Shown here one piece after another: positions 1-11,319 of a stretch of DNA of 64,000 nucleotides. A program made the translations under genes and the position numbers. The number at the start of each line of letters is the position of its first letter. The stretch's first letter is position 1. The stretch is from Malacoraja senta (taxonomy: Eukaryota). The stretch is from NCBI GenBank assembly GCA_038087875.1, contig CM075984.1:4402001-4466000 (forward strand), given 5' to 3'. Under the pieces are notes generated by a model that saw nothing but the letters and a program-made list of their open reading frames with translations, ran no database searches and was not told where the DNA came from.

Positions 1-200
1 CTATGTTCTCTAGTTCTTGCTTCCCCTAGAAGATGTGCATTCAACCTATAAATTCTTATATCTTATATTAACTCTATATCTTATAGAGATACGATCATCC
101 TTTAGCCTCCCGCATTCCAATTAATAAAGTCCTAGCTTGCCCACGGTCTCTCTATAGCTCAGGCTCTCAAGTCCTAGCAACATCCTTGTAAATTTGACCC
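1..200 (-). mobile_element. Old CR1 LINE ORF2 3' fragment
   Basis: Minus-strand translation FTRMLLGLESLSYRETVGKLGLY matches the C-terminal ORF2 motif of the other CR1 copies in the window. Confidence 0.75.
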
Positions 201-424
201 AACTGAGTCTCATACATGAGTGGGTCACATCGTGTGGAATAATCAGCATCAGAGATGGCAGCGTGCAGCTCTGATGTGACTTGTAAAGGAGAATTGCAAC
301 CAGTGAATGGATCTTCATAGATGCAGTTTCCAATATCTTGACTATTTGGTTGGCAGTATCTGCAAGGCATTGATGTGATAACACAGACCCTCTCAATGCT
401 ACCTCAATGTCAAGCCCTGCATGA

Positions 425-2747
425 TATAACCATATAACCATATAACAATTACAGCACGGAAACAGGCCATCTCGGTCCTTCTAGTCCGTGCCGAACACTT
501 ATTCTCCCCTAGTCCCATTTACCTGCACTCAGACCATAACCCTCCATTCCTTTCCCATCCATATACCTATCCAATTTATTTTTAAATGATAAAATCGAAC
601 CTGCCTCCACCACTTCCACTGGAAGCTCATTCCACACAGCTACCACTCTCTGAGTAAAGAAGTTCCCCCTCATGTTACCCCTAAACCTCTGTCCCTTAAT
701 TCTCAAATCATGTCCTCTTGTTTGAATCTTCCCTACTCTCAATGGAAATAGCTTATTCACGTCAACTCTGTCTATCCCTCTCATCATTTTAAAGACCTCT
801 ATCAAGTCCCCCCTTAACCTTCTGTGCTCCAAAGAATAAAGACCTACCTTCTTCAACCTTTCTCTGTAACTTAGTTGCTGAAACCCAGGCAACATTCTAG
901 TAAATTTCCTCTGTACTCTCTCTATTTTGTTGACATCTTTCCTATAATTTGGCAACCAAAATTGTACACTATACTCCAGAATTGGCCTCACCAATGCCTT
1001 GTACAATTTTAACATTACATCCCAACTTCTATACTCAATGCTCTGATTTATAAGGCCAGCACACCAAAAGCTTTCTTTACCACCCTATCTACATGAGATT
1101 CCACCTTCAGGGAACTATGCACAGTTATTCCTAGATCCCTCTGTTCAACTGCATTCCTCAATTCGCTACCATTTACCACGTATGTCCTATTTTGATTTGT
1201 GCTGCCAAGATGTAGCACCTCACACTTATCAGCATTAAACTCCATCTGCCATCTTTCAGCCCACTCTTCCAAATGGCTTAAATCTCTCTGTAGACTTTGA
1301 AAATCTACATCATTATCCACAACACCACCTATCTTAGTATCATCTGCATACTTACTAATCCAATTTACCACACCATCATCCAGATCATTGATGTATATGA
1401 CAAACAACAGTGGACCCAACACAGATCCCTGAGGCACCCCACTAGTCTCCGGCCTCCAACCTGACAAACAGCCATCCACCATTACTCTCTGGCATCTCCC
1501 ATTCAGCCACTGTTGAATCCATCTTGCTACTCCACCATTAATACCCAACAATTGAACCTTCTTAACCAACCTTCCATGTGGAACCTTGTCAAAGGCCTTA
1601 CTGAAGTCCATATAGACAACATCCACCGCTTTACCCTCATCAATTTCCCTAGTAACCTCTTCAAAAAATTCAAGAAGATTAGTCAAACATGACCTTCCAG
1701 GCACAAATCCATGTTGACTGTTCCTAATCAGACCCTGTTTATCCAGATGCTTATATATATTATCTCTAAGTATCCTTTCCATTAATTTGCCCACCACTGA
1801 CGTCAAACTAACAGGTCTATAATTGCTATGTTTACTCTTAGAACCCTTTTTAAACAATAGAACAATATGTGCAGTACGCCAATCCTCCGGCACCATTCCC
1901 GTTTCTAATGACATTTGAAATATTTCTGTCATAGCCCCTGCTATTTCTACACTAACTTCCCTCAATGTCCTAGGGAATATCCTGTCAGGACCTGGAGACT
2001 TATCCACTTTTATATTTTTCAAAAGTGTCCGTACTTCCTCTTCTTTAAATCTCATAGTTTACATAGCTACTCTACTTGTTTCCCTTACCTCACATAATTC
2101 AATATCCTTCTCCTTGGTGAATACCGAAGAAAAGAAATTGTTCAATATCTCCCCCATCTCTTTTGGCCCTGCAGATAGCTGTCCACTCTGACTCTCTAAT
2201 GGACCAATTTTATCCCTCGTTACCCTTTTGCTATTAATATAGCTCTAGAAACCCTTTGGATTTACTTTCACCTTACTTGCCAAAGCAACCTCATATCTTC
2301 TTTTTGCTTTTCTAATTTCTTTCTTAAGATTCTTTTTACATTCTTTATACTCCTCAAGCACCTCATTTACTCCATGCTGCCTATAATAATTGTAGATCTC
2401 TCTCTTTTTCCAAACCGTGTCCAATTTCCCTTGAAAACCATGGCTCTTTCCAATTATTACTCTTTCCTTTCAACCGAACAGGGACATAAAGATTCTGTAC
2501 TCTTAAAATTTCACCTTTAAATGTCCTCCATTTCTCTTCTACATCCTTCCCATAAAACAACATGTCCCAATTCACTCCTTTTAAATCCTTTCTCATCTCC
2601 TCAAAGTTAGCCTTTCTCCAATCAAAAATCTCAACCCTTTCTGACCCTCTCCATAATTATATTGAAACTAATGGTATTGTGATCACTGGACCCGAAGTGC
2701 TCCCCAACACATACCTCCGCCACCTGACCTGTCTCATTTCCTAACAG
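425..2747 (-). mobile_element. CR1 LINE, 5'-truncated, ORF2 disrupted (end of APE, RT, C-terminus, 3'UTR)
   Basis: ORFs 2381-2596, 1048-2055 (NYRPVSLTS, SGVPQGSVLGP, YADD) and 509-1015 (LVRPILEY, RGDLIE). 3' tail of 8-nt repeats (GTTATATG)n at ~425-447. The 5' end falls in the APE C-terminus (GSSDHNTI). Confidence 0.93.
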
Positions 2748-3169
2748 GATATGCTCAGTTCCTCTGCTGGTGTCCAGTGAAGGTCAAACTAAAGCTCATT
2801 TCATATCAGTACAGGAGGCCCATTGACGGCAACATTGCTGTGAAAATATCGGATGCCGAAATATGAATTTCCCACAGAGGTTTCCAGGCTAATTTCTTGA
2901 TGGTTGTAATTTCACCTGAGAATGATTAATAGCTTGATCTATCCCAGTTAAAATCACTTCTTAAGCATCATTTAGGGTCATAAAGCAAAGCAATCATGTT
3001 AGATCTAGGGTCTCAGATCTGAAACATTAACTATCCACAGATGTTGAATGAATCCAGCATTTTTTATTATAAATGTTAACTTTTGGATATTTACATAAAA
3101 ATATTAAATGGTGAAATGTAGAAAAGATGTAATTAATTGAAGAAACTGAAGGTCTTTGCATTGAGTCAA

Positions 3170-3277
3170 AGAGTCATAGAGTGATACACTGTGGAAACAG
3201 GCCCTTCGGCCCAACTTGATAACATTGTCACAGTTACACTAGTCCCACCTGCCCGCGTTTGGTCCATATCCCTCCAA
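3170..3277 (-). mobile_element. CR1 3'UTR tail fragment, interrupted by the Rex1 copy
   Basis: gtggaaacaggcccttcggcccaact motif is shared with other CR1/HE1 tails. The sequence resumes after the Rex1 tail at ~4366 (cctgtccatgta). Confidence 0.6.
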
Positions 3278-4365
3278 GCTGGTTACCAAACTCTCAGAAC
3301 TGGGTCTCTGCGCATCCCTCTGCAATTGGATCCTCGACTTCCTCACTCTCAGACCACAGTCTGTTCGTATTGGTGGAAATGTGTCAGACTCGATAACAAT
3401 TAGCACGGGAGCACCTCAAGGCTGTGTGCTCAGTCCCCTGCTGTACTCACTCTATACTCATGACTGCGTAGCCGGACATAGTGCGAACTCCATCATCAAG
3501 TTCGCTGATGACACCACTGTTGTGGGACGTATCACTGATGGTGATGAGTCAGAGTATAGAAGAGAGATCGAGCAACTGTCCATATGGTGCCAGCACAACA
3601 ACCTGGCCCTCAACACCATCAAAACCAAGGAACTGATTGTGGACTTTGGAAGGAGTAGGATGGGGACCCACAGTCCCGTTTATATCAACGGGTCGATGGT
3701 TGAAAGGGTCAAGAGCTTCAAATTCCTGGGCGTGCACATCTCTGAAGATCTTTCCTGGTCCGAGAACAATGATGCCATTATTAAGAAAGCACATCAGCGC
3801 CTCTACTTCCTGAGAAGATTACTGAGAGTCGGTTTGTCAAGGAGGACTCTCTCTAACTTCTACAGGTGCACAGTAGAGAGCATGCTGACCGGTTGCATCG
3901 TGGCTTGGTTCGGCAACTTGAGTGCCCTGGAAAGGAAAACACTACAAAAAGTAGTAAACACTGCCCAGTCCATCATCGGCTCTGACCTCCCTTCTATCGA
4001 GGGGATCTATCACAGTTGCTGCCTCAAAAAGGCTGGCAGCATCATCAAGGACCCACACCATCCTGGCCACACACTCATCTCCCTACTACCTTCAGGTAGA
4101 AGGTACAGGAGCCTGAAGACGGCAACAACCAGGTTCAGGAACAGCTACTTCCCCACAGCCATCAGGCTATTAAACCTGGCTCGGACATAACACTGAACTT
4201 TACTAGCCAATACTGTTATTTGCACGTTATCAGTATATTGACCATTGTGTATATATTTATAGAATGCCTTGTAGTAAATGCCTACTATGTTCTGTTGTGC
4301 TCAAGCAAAGCAAGAATTTCATTGTCCTACCAGGGACACATGACAATAAACTCACTTGACTTGAA
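3275..4365 (+). mobile_element. Rex1/Babar-clade LINE, 5'-truncated (RT C-terminal half and 3'UTR)
   Basis: ORF 3381-4190 has [64 protein letters not shown]. The 3'UTR ends in aataaactcacttgacttga. Confidence 0.9.
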
Positions 4366-4934
4366 CCTGTCCATGTAATTAGCATGTAATCCAAGCATTA
4401 GAACATAGAAGTTTAGCAGATCGAATTAAGGACAAGAAATCAGTTTGGGAAATCAGAAGTAGTGAGATTACAAATTTAAGATCATGACTGCTTGTACATT
4501 AACTGGAAATGAAAATAATGGATCAGAACCCTAGTATTTTTAGAAAGGAAAATAAGCAAGTATTTCTAAAGGAAAGCGTTCAAAAGGCTTTGGAATTGAA
4601 GAACTTGTCAAAATGTATAGTTATATCAGAAATCTGAAAACATCTCCAAATGGCCATGCCTTAGCTGTAGGATTCAATGATTCAATGTTCACGGTATTTG
4701 ATGAGCAACACATACATGTTAATTATATTTTAAATAGCATGTTTGTTTCCTATGGAATGTAGGAAGGCCATTCATTGTTTTTTGCAATGGTCCATAGGAA
4801 CCAATCTTCTGTTTATTTTTGACAATAGAATAATAATGGTGACACTCTTGATTCAGTTTTGTTTCTATAAACTTGGGAATTGAAATCTGTCCTCAGTCAC
4901 ATGCTAATTACTGATATGGCTGGATTCAGTTCCC

Positions 4935-5009
4935 ATGACTTCTGTGGAATTTCTGGTGTTTGCAGTTTCGCTGCTACTGTTGACACACATTTGTCACATG
5001 CAAGCCACG
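4935..5009 (+). CDS. Candidate signal-peptide-coding exon of an unidentified host gene
   Basis: ATG at 4935 opens MTSVEFLVFAVSLLLLTHICHMQAT (hydrophobic core), ending at a strong donor ACG|GTAAGT (phase 0). It lies in non-repeat sequence. No homology recognised. Confidence 0.3.
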
Positions 5010-5283
5010 GTAAGTTTGTATGTCTTGCTGTTTACTATTTGATGCTCCAGATGTAACTCACCCAAATATTGAATGCAATGTTAAAATAACAACTTCTGTT
5101 CTTGATTCCAACAGGAGCTTCTATTTAATTATGTGTCATATGAAAAAATTTCAGAGATTCTGATCGGAATAGTCAAGCCTCAAGGCTTGATCATTTACAG
5201 CTTGTCCATGAGACCCATAAGATAAAAGGCTGTGCCATCCAAGATTGATTGTATCATAGGTCATTTCCAATCTGTTCTATTAA

Positions 5284-5515
5284 AGGGCCTGTCCCACCTG
5301 GCAAATCTTTCGGCAACTGCCGGCGTCATATCAGTGTCGCCAAAAGATTTTGAACATTTCAAAATCCAGCGACGACAAAAAAAATGTTGCGACACTTGAA
5401 AAAACACCACGGGTCATACGTCATCACGCCGCATCACGCTGCAAATTTTCGGTGACCTGATACATCAGTCAATGATGCCGGCAGTTGCCGAAAAAATTGC
5501 CGTGGGACAGGCCCT
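5284..5515. mobile_element. PIF/Harbinger-type MITE
   Basis: TIR AGGGCCTGTCCCAC...GTGGGACAGGCCCT with extended imperfect arms. TAA on both sides (5281-5283, 5516-5518). Confidence 0.88.
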
Positions 5516-5574
5516 TAAATCTTCTCCAGTTTCAATTAAGTCTGTTTAATTTTTAAGGGAAAGTTACATAAAAT

Positions 5575-5666
5575 AGTCTGAAGAAGGGTCTCAACCCGAA
5601 ATGTTACCAATTCCTTTTCTCCAGAGAGGCTGTCTGACCCACTGAGCTACTCCAGTTTTTTGTGTC
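5575..5666 (+). mobile_element. Penelope-derived mini-element beginning at the hammerhead motif
   Basis: CTGAAGAAGGGTCTCAACCCGAAATGTT plus the conserved pLTR tail. TSD TACATAAAAT at 5565-5574 and 5667-5676. Confidence 0.8.
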
Positions 5667-5781
5667 TACATAAAATTAAGTTCTGTTCTTTATGTCCTTC
5701 CAATTCTTGTAGCTCTATCTTCCCTGCCGCTCCAGCTGCCATTTGTAGTAAAACTCCAGTACATCAGTTCTTGTATCTTGT

Positions 5782-5891
5782 GTAGGGAGGAACTGCAGGT
5801 GCTGGAAGGGTCTCGACATGAAACATCACCCATTCCTTCTATTCAGAGATGCTGCCTGTCCCGCTAAGTTACTCCAGTATTTTGTGTCCAT
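5782..5891. mobile_element. Penelope-derived inverted composite
   Basis: A minus-oriented pLTR end is joined to a plus-oriented pLTR segment. TSD GTTCTTGTATCTTGT at 5767-5781 and 5892-5906. Confidence 0.8.
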
Positions 5892-7670
5892 GTTCTTGTA
5901 TCTTGTTGGTTTTCTTCTTTGGCATCTTACTTCCAGTTTCCCAACTGTTAAAGGAACCATCATAGGAACTATTCTAAACACACTGATCTATCTGAGGTTC
6001 AGTGCTCTTATCACTCGTTAACAATCTTGATGGATATATATTTTTTAAAGAATCAGCTATTCCTTCATTGGACTTGAATGTAGAAAGTCATAATTAAAAA
6101 CCAATGATGCATATCAAATTTTTTAGCCTTCCACAATGTACCTAACCCCTGAAGCCATCTTTTATATATGAGCTGCTCTTTCAAAGCTATTATGAAAACT
6201 GTTACAAAGCTGATTTATGTATAACTGTAAGCGGCCCCCACTGGGCAATTTTTGTCTAATTCCTGACATAAATAAATGTCTATTTAATTAGCTCTTCTGG
6301 CTCATTAACAAGTGTAAAAATAAGAGAAGGCTACAGTAATTGGCTTAGAGTTACTAATGAATTAATTACCTTCAGTTTGTTTTGCTTAACCTTTAATAAG
6401 CAGGCCCTTATTTTTCTCAAGCATTCGATTTGACAGGGTGAGAAACATGCTGCAAGACCCAGGAAAATTAATGAGAAACGAGAAAGGAATCAATGTATGC
6501 TCTGTCTGAACTGAGCAGACACAAAGAAAAACAATAAACCCATGAGCAAACACAGTCACTTTAAAAAATAGGTTGGAAAAAGTGGGCAAATTCAATTACA
6601 GAAGTAATTAGAAGATATAGGGAAAGGCTGCCTTTTGGGACTGTGCCAGAAAAACATGAATTAATAAGAATGAATGGAGTAAGGGCAGTGTAGTAATTAA
6701 GAGGCAATCACCTATGTCAATGAATATCTGAAAACAGGCTGCAAAACTATTAATTCAGTGATCAGAAATATTTTAAATGATTAAGTAAAAATGATTTCAT
6801 AAAAAAACCCACATTTTACAAAAGCTACAATGACAATAGCATAATTTCTGGAATTTATACAGCTAATTAAATTTTAAAATGTACTCAGACCTTCACAATG
6901 TTTGAGTGCAAAATGATGTAAAAAAACGATTAGGAAATATGCTCTGCAATACTCTATACAATCTACAGATTATTTGATGCAACCAACTGAAATCCACTGT
7001 GCTATGTATTTTAAATATTTCACATGTTTGGTCAAATAAATTATAGTTCCACATTTACATCCAGGCATTGTTAGAGACAATTAATTGCTGCAAAATCGCC
7101 AGTAGTTTCTGATCTGACAATTCCTATGAGGAAGCTGAGGGTTTGAGATTTAGTGTCGCAGTACGAAAACAATCTGTGGATTTTGTTTAAACAATGCAGA
7201 CAGCAGTTTAATCTTATCTTTTCCTTTCTTTATTCCAAGATTTAGGATGTGAATTCTTAGATGATGGATGCTAATGAAAGCCATTGGGAAATCTAACATT
7301 GTCTCCCAAGTATCTACATCAACGTCAAAAACCTTTGATCAAATATAGTAAGGCTTAGATGCAGAACAGTCTTGACTACAATGTCACAAAATAATGTTCC
7401 ATCATCAGAAAACCGCCCCTAGGATCATCATGAAGTCTCTGCTCCCCAAATTGTAATTCCATGTAAAATCTCTGAAAACGACATTGTTAATTAGAAATAT
7501 GCATAAATGCTCAGATGGTTGGGAAACAAGGGTGGAGCAAGATACACAATGAACATTACAGATTAGAACTGTGGAAAGTTATATAAAACAAGTTGCAGGA
7601 GGGGAGAGGGAGAAAAAGGTGTTCAGGCAAAGGAGAGGGAAAACAAATATCAATGGAGAAGATTATGACA

Positions 7671-8675
7671 GTTTAGTTTAGTTTAGAGATACAGCTTAGA
7701 AACAGGCCCTTCGGTCCACCAAGCATGCACCGACCAACAATCACCCGTACAATAGTCCTATCCTACACACAAAGCCAATTAACCTACAAACCCGCACATC
7801 TTTGGAATGAGGAACGAAACTGGAACACCTGGAGGAAATCCCTTGTGGTTACAGGGAGAACTCTGTACAGACAGCACCCGTGGTCAGGACCAAACCCAGG
7901 TCTCTGGCGCTGTAATCAGAATAACACACTTTATTCGCCAAGTGTGTTTTGCAACATACGAGGAATTTTATTGGCCAGGTCAGTCATACAATTAAAAGCA
8001 GCAAATCACTCAAAAACACATTTTAACATGAACATCCACCACAGTGACTCCTACACATTCCTCACTGTGATGGAAGGTGAAATAAAGTTCAAGTCCTTCC
8101 TTTTGTTCTTCCTCGGTCGGGGGCCTCGAGCCCTCCGTTGACGGGATGGTCTTGACTCCCATAGCCGACGGCATTTTGGGCCTCCGTGTCGAGGCGTTCA
8201 GCTCCTGCATCGGGGGGTTGTCAGCTCGCGTCGGGGCTGGTCGAGCCTTCCGCGGTGTTGGAGCTCCCAACTAGCCTCTCCCAAGACTGCGAGCCCTAGA
8301 TGGTAAGTCTGCGGTGGTCCAGGCAAGGGATCCGCTCCGATGTTAAGTCCGCACCCGCGGTGGGGCTCACGACAGTCCGAGGAGGCCTCCAGCTCCAGCG
8401 ATGGTAGGCCACAGAGCCCGGAGAATGTGATCCAAAAATTGATCACATCTCCGGGAAGGTAAGAGCTTGAAAAAAAGTTTCCCCCGATTCCTCCCCTCCC
8501 CTCTCCCGACATAAAACAAACCGAAGAACATTAAAACAAACTTTTAACGCACTAAAAAATAACAAAAAGAAAGAAAAAACAAACAGAGTGCCAGCAGGGC
8601 TGCCATCTCCCCGGCACCCCTGGTGGTCTAATCTTCGTAAGGCAGCAACACTACCGCTGCACCACTGTACCGCCC
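7671..8675 (-). mobile_element. HE1-like tRNA-derived V-SINE, split by a ~720-bp insertion
   Basis: SINE halves 7671-7915 and ~8637-8675 rejoin as ...ggcgctgtaa|ggcagcaac..., matching the intact copies. (TAAAC)n tail. Confidence 0.82.
7916..8636 (-). mobile_element. ~730-bp non-autonomous element with Rex1-like 3' end (copy 1)
   Basis: Homologous along its length to 44362-45126 and 56160-56896. GC-rich body and a 3' end aaattcctcgtatgttgcaaaac...aataaa. Confidence 0.75.
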
Positions 8676-8830
8676 TGGGGAAAGCAAAACAAATTAAATA
8701 ATAGAAGAATAGATGGTGCAAGGCAAAAGGAGATGGTCAGGGTCAAATAAGGAAACAAAAAGGTGTAACTAGGAGGTATAATTGAAAGTAATTAATACTA
8801 ACTTGTTTTCTCTCTTTCATTTACTCTAAT

Positions 8831-9180
8831 ATGTAGCAAGGAACTGCAAATGCTATTTTAAACCGAAGATAGACACTAAAAGCTGGAGTAACTCAGCGCG
8901 GCAGGCAGCACCTCTGGATAGAAGGAATGGGTAATGTTTTGGGTCAAGACCCTTCTTCAGACTGAAAGTCTCGGGAAAGGGAAACGAGCAATATAGACGA
9001 TGATATAGAGGGCCATAGAGCAATGAATGAAAGAAATGCAAGAAAGTTACGATGATAAAGGAAACAGACCATTGCCAGCTGTTTGTTGGGAGAAAACGAG
9101 AAGCTGGTGCGACTAGGATGGGGGAGGGATGGAGAGGAGTTAGAGAAATTAATATCATACCACTGGGTTGTAAGCTGCCC
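8831..9180 (-). mobile_element. Penelope-like element 3' fragment (pLTR with hammerhead motif at ~8933-8960)
   Basis: Same pLTR sequence as the GIY-YIG-linked copies. Ends in the GSLQPSGM C-terminal coding remnant. Confidence 0.8.
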
Positions 9181-9535
9181 GATGCCCATTTACTCCAATG
9201 CTTTTTCCACAGATGCTGTCTGCTGTGCTGAGTGTTTCCAGCAATTTCTGTTGTTAATTGACATATTGGAGTGAGATGGAGAATGAAAATGATAGGCAAT
9301 CAAAACATGGAACAAAACCGAGATCTCTCACGAGACATTCACTCAAGTGGGATTCAATCTCCCAGTGCAGAGGTGACCACACATTGAATGGCAAATACAA
9401 TGTAATTACTGGACAAAATGAAACATCGTTTCAACAAGAAGAATTGAGGCTTTGATGGTGGAAAGGAAAGATATGAGAATTAGAAGGGGTTCTAATTGCA
9501 ATCGAGGGCTGAATCAGAGTGTCAGGGAGAGTATA

Positions 9536-9925
9536 CGTTGGAGCGGTCACAGGGGGAGGAGCTACACCCGAGCGGTAGGAGTTAAAGTGGAGCGCGGGGC
9601 TTGCTTCTTACAGAGGCCCGAGAGCCGTTGGAGAGGTCGCAGAGGGAGGAGCTACACCCGAGCGGTACGAGTTAAAGTGGAGCGCGGGGCTTGCTTCTTA
9701 CAGAGGCCCGAGAGCCGTTGGAGCGGTCGCAGAGGGAGGAGCTACACCCGAGCGGTAGTAGTTAAAGTGGAGCGCGGGGCTTGTTCCTTACAGAGGCCCG
9801 AGAGCCGTTGGAGCGGTCGGTCGCAGAGGGAGGAGCTACACCCGAGCGGTAGTAGTTAAAGTGGAGCATGGGGCTTGTTCCTTACAGAGGCCCGAGAGCC
9901 GTTGGAGCGGTCGCAGAGGGAGGAG
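9536..9925 (+). repeat. ~4.3 tandem copies of a 90-bp monomer in the CR1 5'UTR
   Basis: CGTTGGAG at 9536, 9626, 9716, 9806 and 9900. Units are near identical and CpG-rich. Confidence 0.93.
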
Positions 9926-9990
9926 GAGCCGAAATCTGCATCGTTCCAAGTTCCACTCGCACTTCAAAAACAAGTGGGCTTAAGGAAGCC

Positions 9991-10030
9991 GCTGATTGGT
10001 GGAAGCAGACAAGAGGGAGCAGCTGATTGG
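9991..10030 (+). promoter_or_regulatory. Paired inverted CCAAT boxes, candidate CR1 internal promoter
   Basis: GCTGATTGG at 9991 and 10022 (31-bp spacing), ~70-100 bp upstream of the ORF1 ATG. Confidence 0.35.
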
Positions 10031-10097
10031 GAGTCAGATCCCTGTTGATTGTATTGTAGCAGTTTGTTTTGTATTGTATCCAGGGTAAGGGGGGAGC

Positions 10098-11033
10098 ATG
10101 AGGGCCAGGGCAGTTTGTTGTTCTGGATGTCAGATGTGGGAGATCAAGGAATCTGACAGCCTTACAGACGTCCACATCTGCGCCAGGTGCATCGAGATGG
10201 GGCTCCTAAGTGACCGTATTAGGAACCTGCAGCAGCAGCTCGATGACCTCCGTCTGGTCAGGGAGAGCGAGGAAGTCATTGAGAGGAGTTACAGGGAGGT
10301 GGTCACTCCAAGACCACAGGAGGCAGGCAAGTGGGTCACGGTTGGGAGAGGCAAGGGGCACAGGCAGGGACTAGAGAGTACCCCGGTGGCTGTACACCTT
10401 GACAATAAGTACTCCTGTTTGAGTACTGTTGGGGGGGACAGCCTACCTGGGGGTAGTGACTGCGGCCGGGCCTCCGGTACAGAGACCGGCCCTGTTGCTC
10501 AGAAGGGTAAGGAAAAGAAGAGGAGGGCATTAGTAATAGGGGACTCTATAGTTAGGGGGTCAGACAGGCGATTCTGTGGACGCAGTCGGGAGACCCGGGT
10601 GGTAGTTTGCCTCCCTGGTGCCAGGGTCTGTGATGTGTCTCAACGTGTCCAAGATATCCTGAAAGGGGAGGGAGAGGAGCCCGAGGTCGTGGTACATATA
10701 GGTACCAATGACATAGGTAAAAAAAGAGAAGAGGTCCTGAAAGGAGAATTTAGGGAGTTAGGAGGGGAGTTAAGGAGAAGGACAGCAAAGGTAACAATCT
10801 CGGGATTACTGCCTGTGCCACGTGACAGTGAGAGTAGGAATGGAGCGAGGTGGAGGATAAATGCGTGGCTGAAGGACTGGTGCAGAGGGCAGGGATTCAA
10901 ATTTCTGGATCATTGGGACCTCTTTTGTGGAAGGTGCGACCTGTACAAAAAGGATGGGTTGCACTTGAACCTGAGGGGGACCAATATCCTGGCAGGGAGA
11001 TTTGCAAAGGCTACTGGGGAGACTTTAAACTAG
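10098..11033 (+). CDS. CR1 ORF1p: N-terminal Cys zinc finger/coiled coil and SGNH esterase
   Basis: Open 311 aa with CSGC..HICARC and a heptad stretch. SGNH blocks VIGDSIVR, CLPGA, HIGTND, DGLH. Confidence 0.92.
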   Translation: MRARAVCCSGCQMWEIKESDSLTDVHICARCIEMGLLSDRIRNLQQQLDDLRLVRESEEVIERSYREVVTPRPQEAGKWVTVGRGKGHRQGLESTPVAVHLDNKYSCLSTVGGDSLPGGSDCGRASGTETGPVAQKGKEKKRRALVIGDSIVRGSDRRFCGRSRETRVVVCLPGARVCDVSQRVQDILKGEGEEPEVVVHIGTNDIGKKREEVLKGEFRELGGELRRRTAKVTISGLLPVPRDSESRNGARWRINAWLKDWCRGQGFKFLDHWDLFCGRCDLYKKDGLHLNLRGTNILAGRFAKATGETLN

Positions 11034-11319
11034 AACGGTTGGGGGGAGGGACTCAAATAGAGAAAGCTATTAGACAGTGTTTGAGGCAGGAGGCAGAGAA
11101 GGGAAGCACTCAGACACAACAGGTAGGGGGGAAAGAAGAAAACAATAATAAACAGAGAATAAGAGGTGGTGGGGCTCTTAAATGGGTGAGCAGAGAAACA
11201 GAGGGGTGTAAAATGCGGGCGGAAGCAATGGGTAGCAAGGTGAAAAGTAAAAGTGGCAGGCAGACAAATCCAGGGCAAAAATCAAAAAGGGCCACTTTTC
11301 AACATAATTGTAAAAGGGG

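Noticed and set aside
9452-9859. 135-aa repetitive ORF
   Set aside because: It is a translation of the 90-bp 5'UTR monomers (90 is divisible by 3), with no independent coding evidence.
9536-9925. Possible CRISPR array
   Set aside because: The units are contiguous with no unique spacers, the context is eukaryotic and there are no cas genes.
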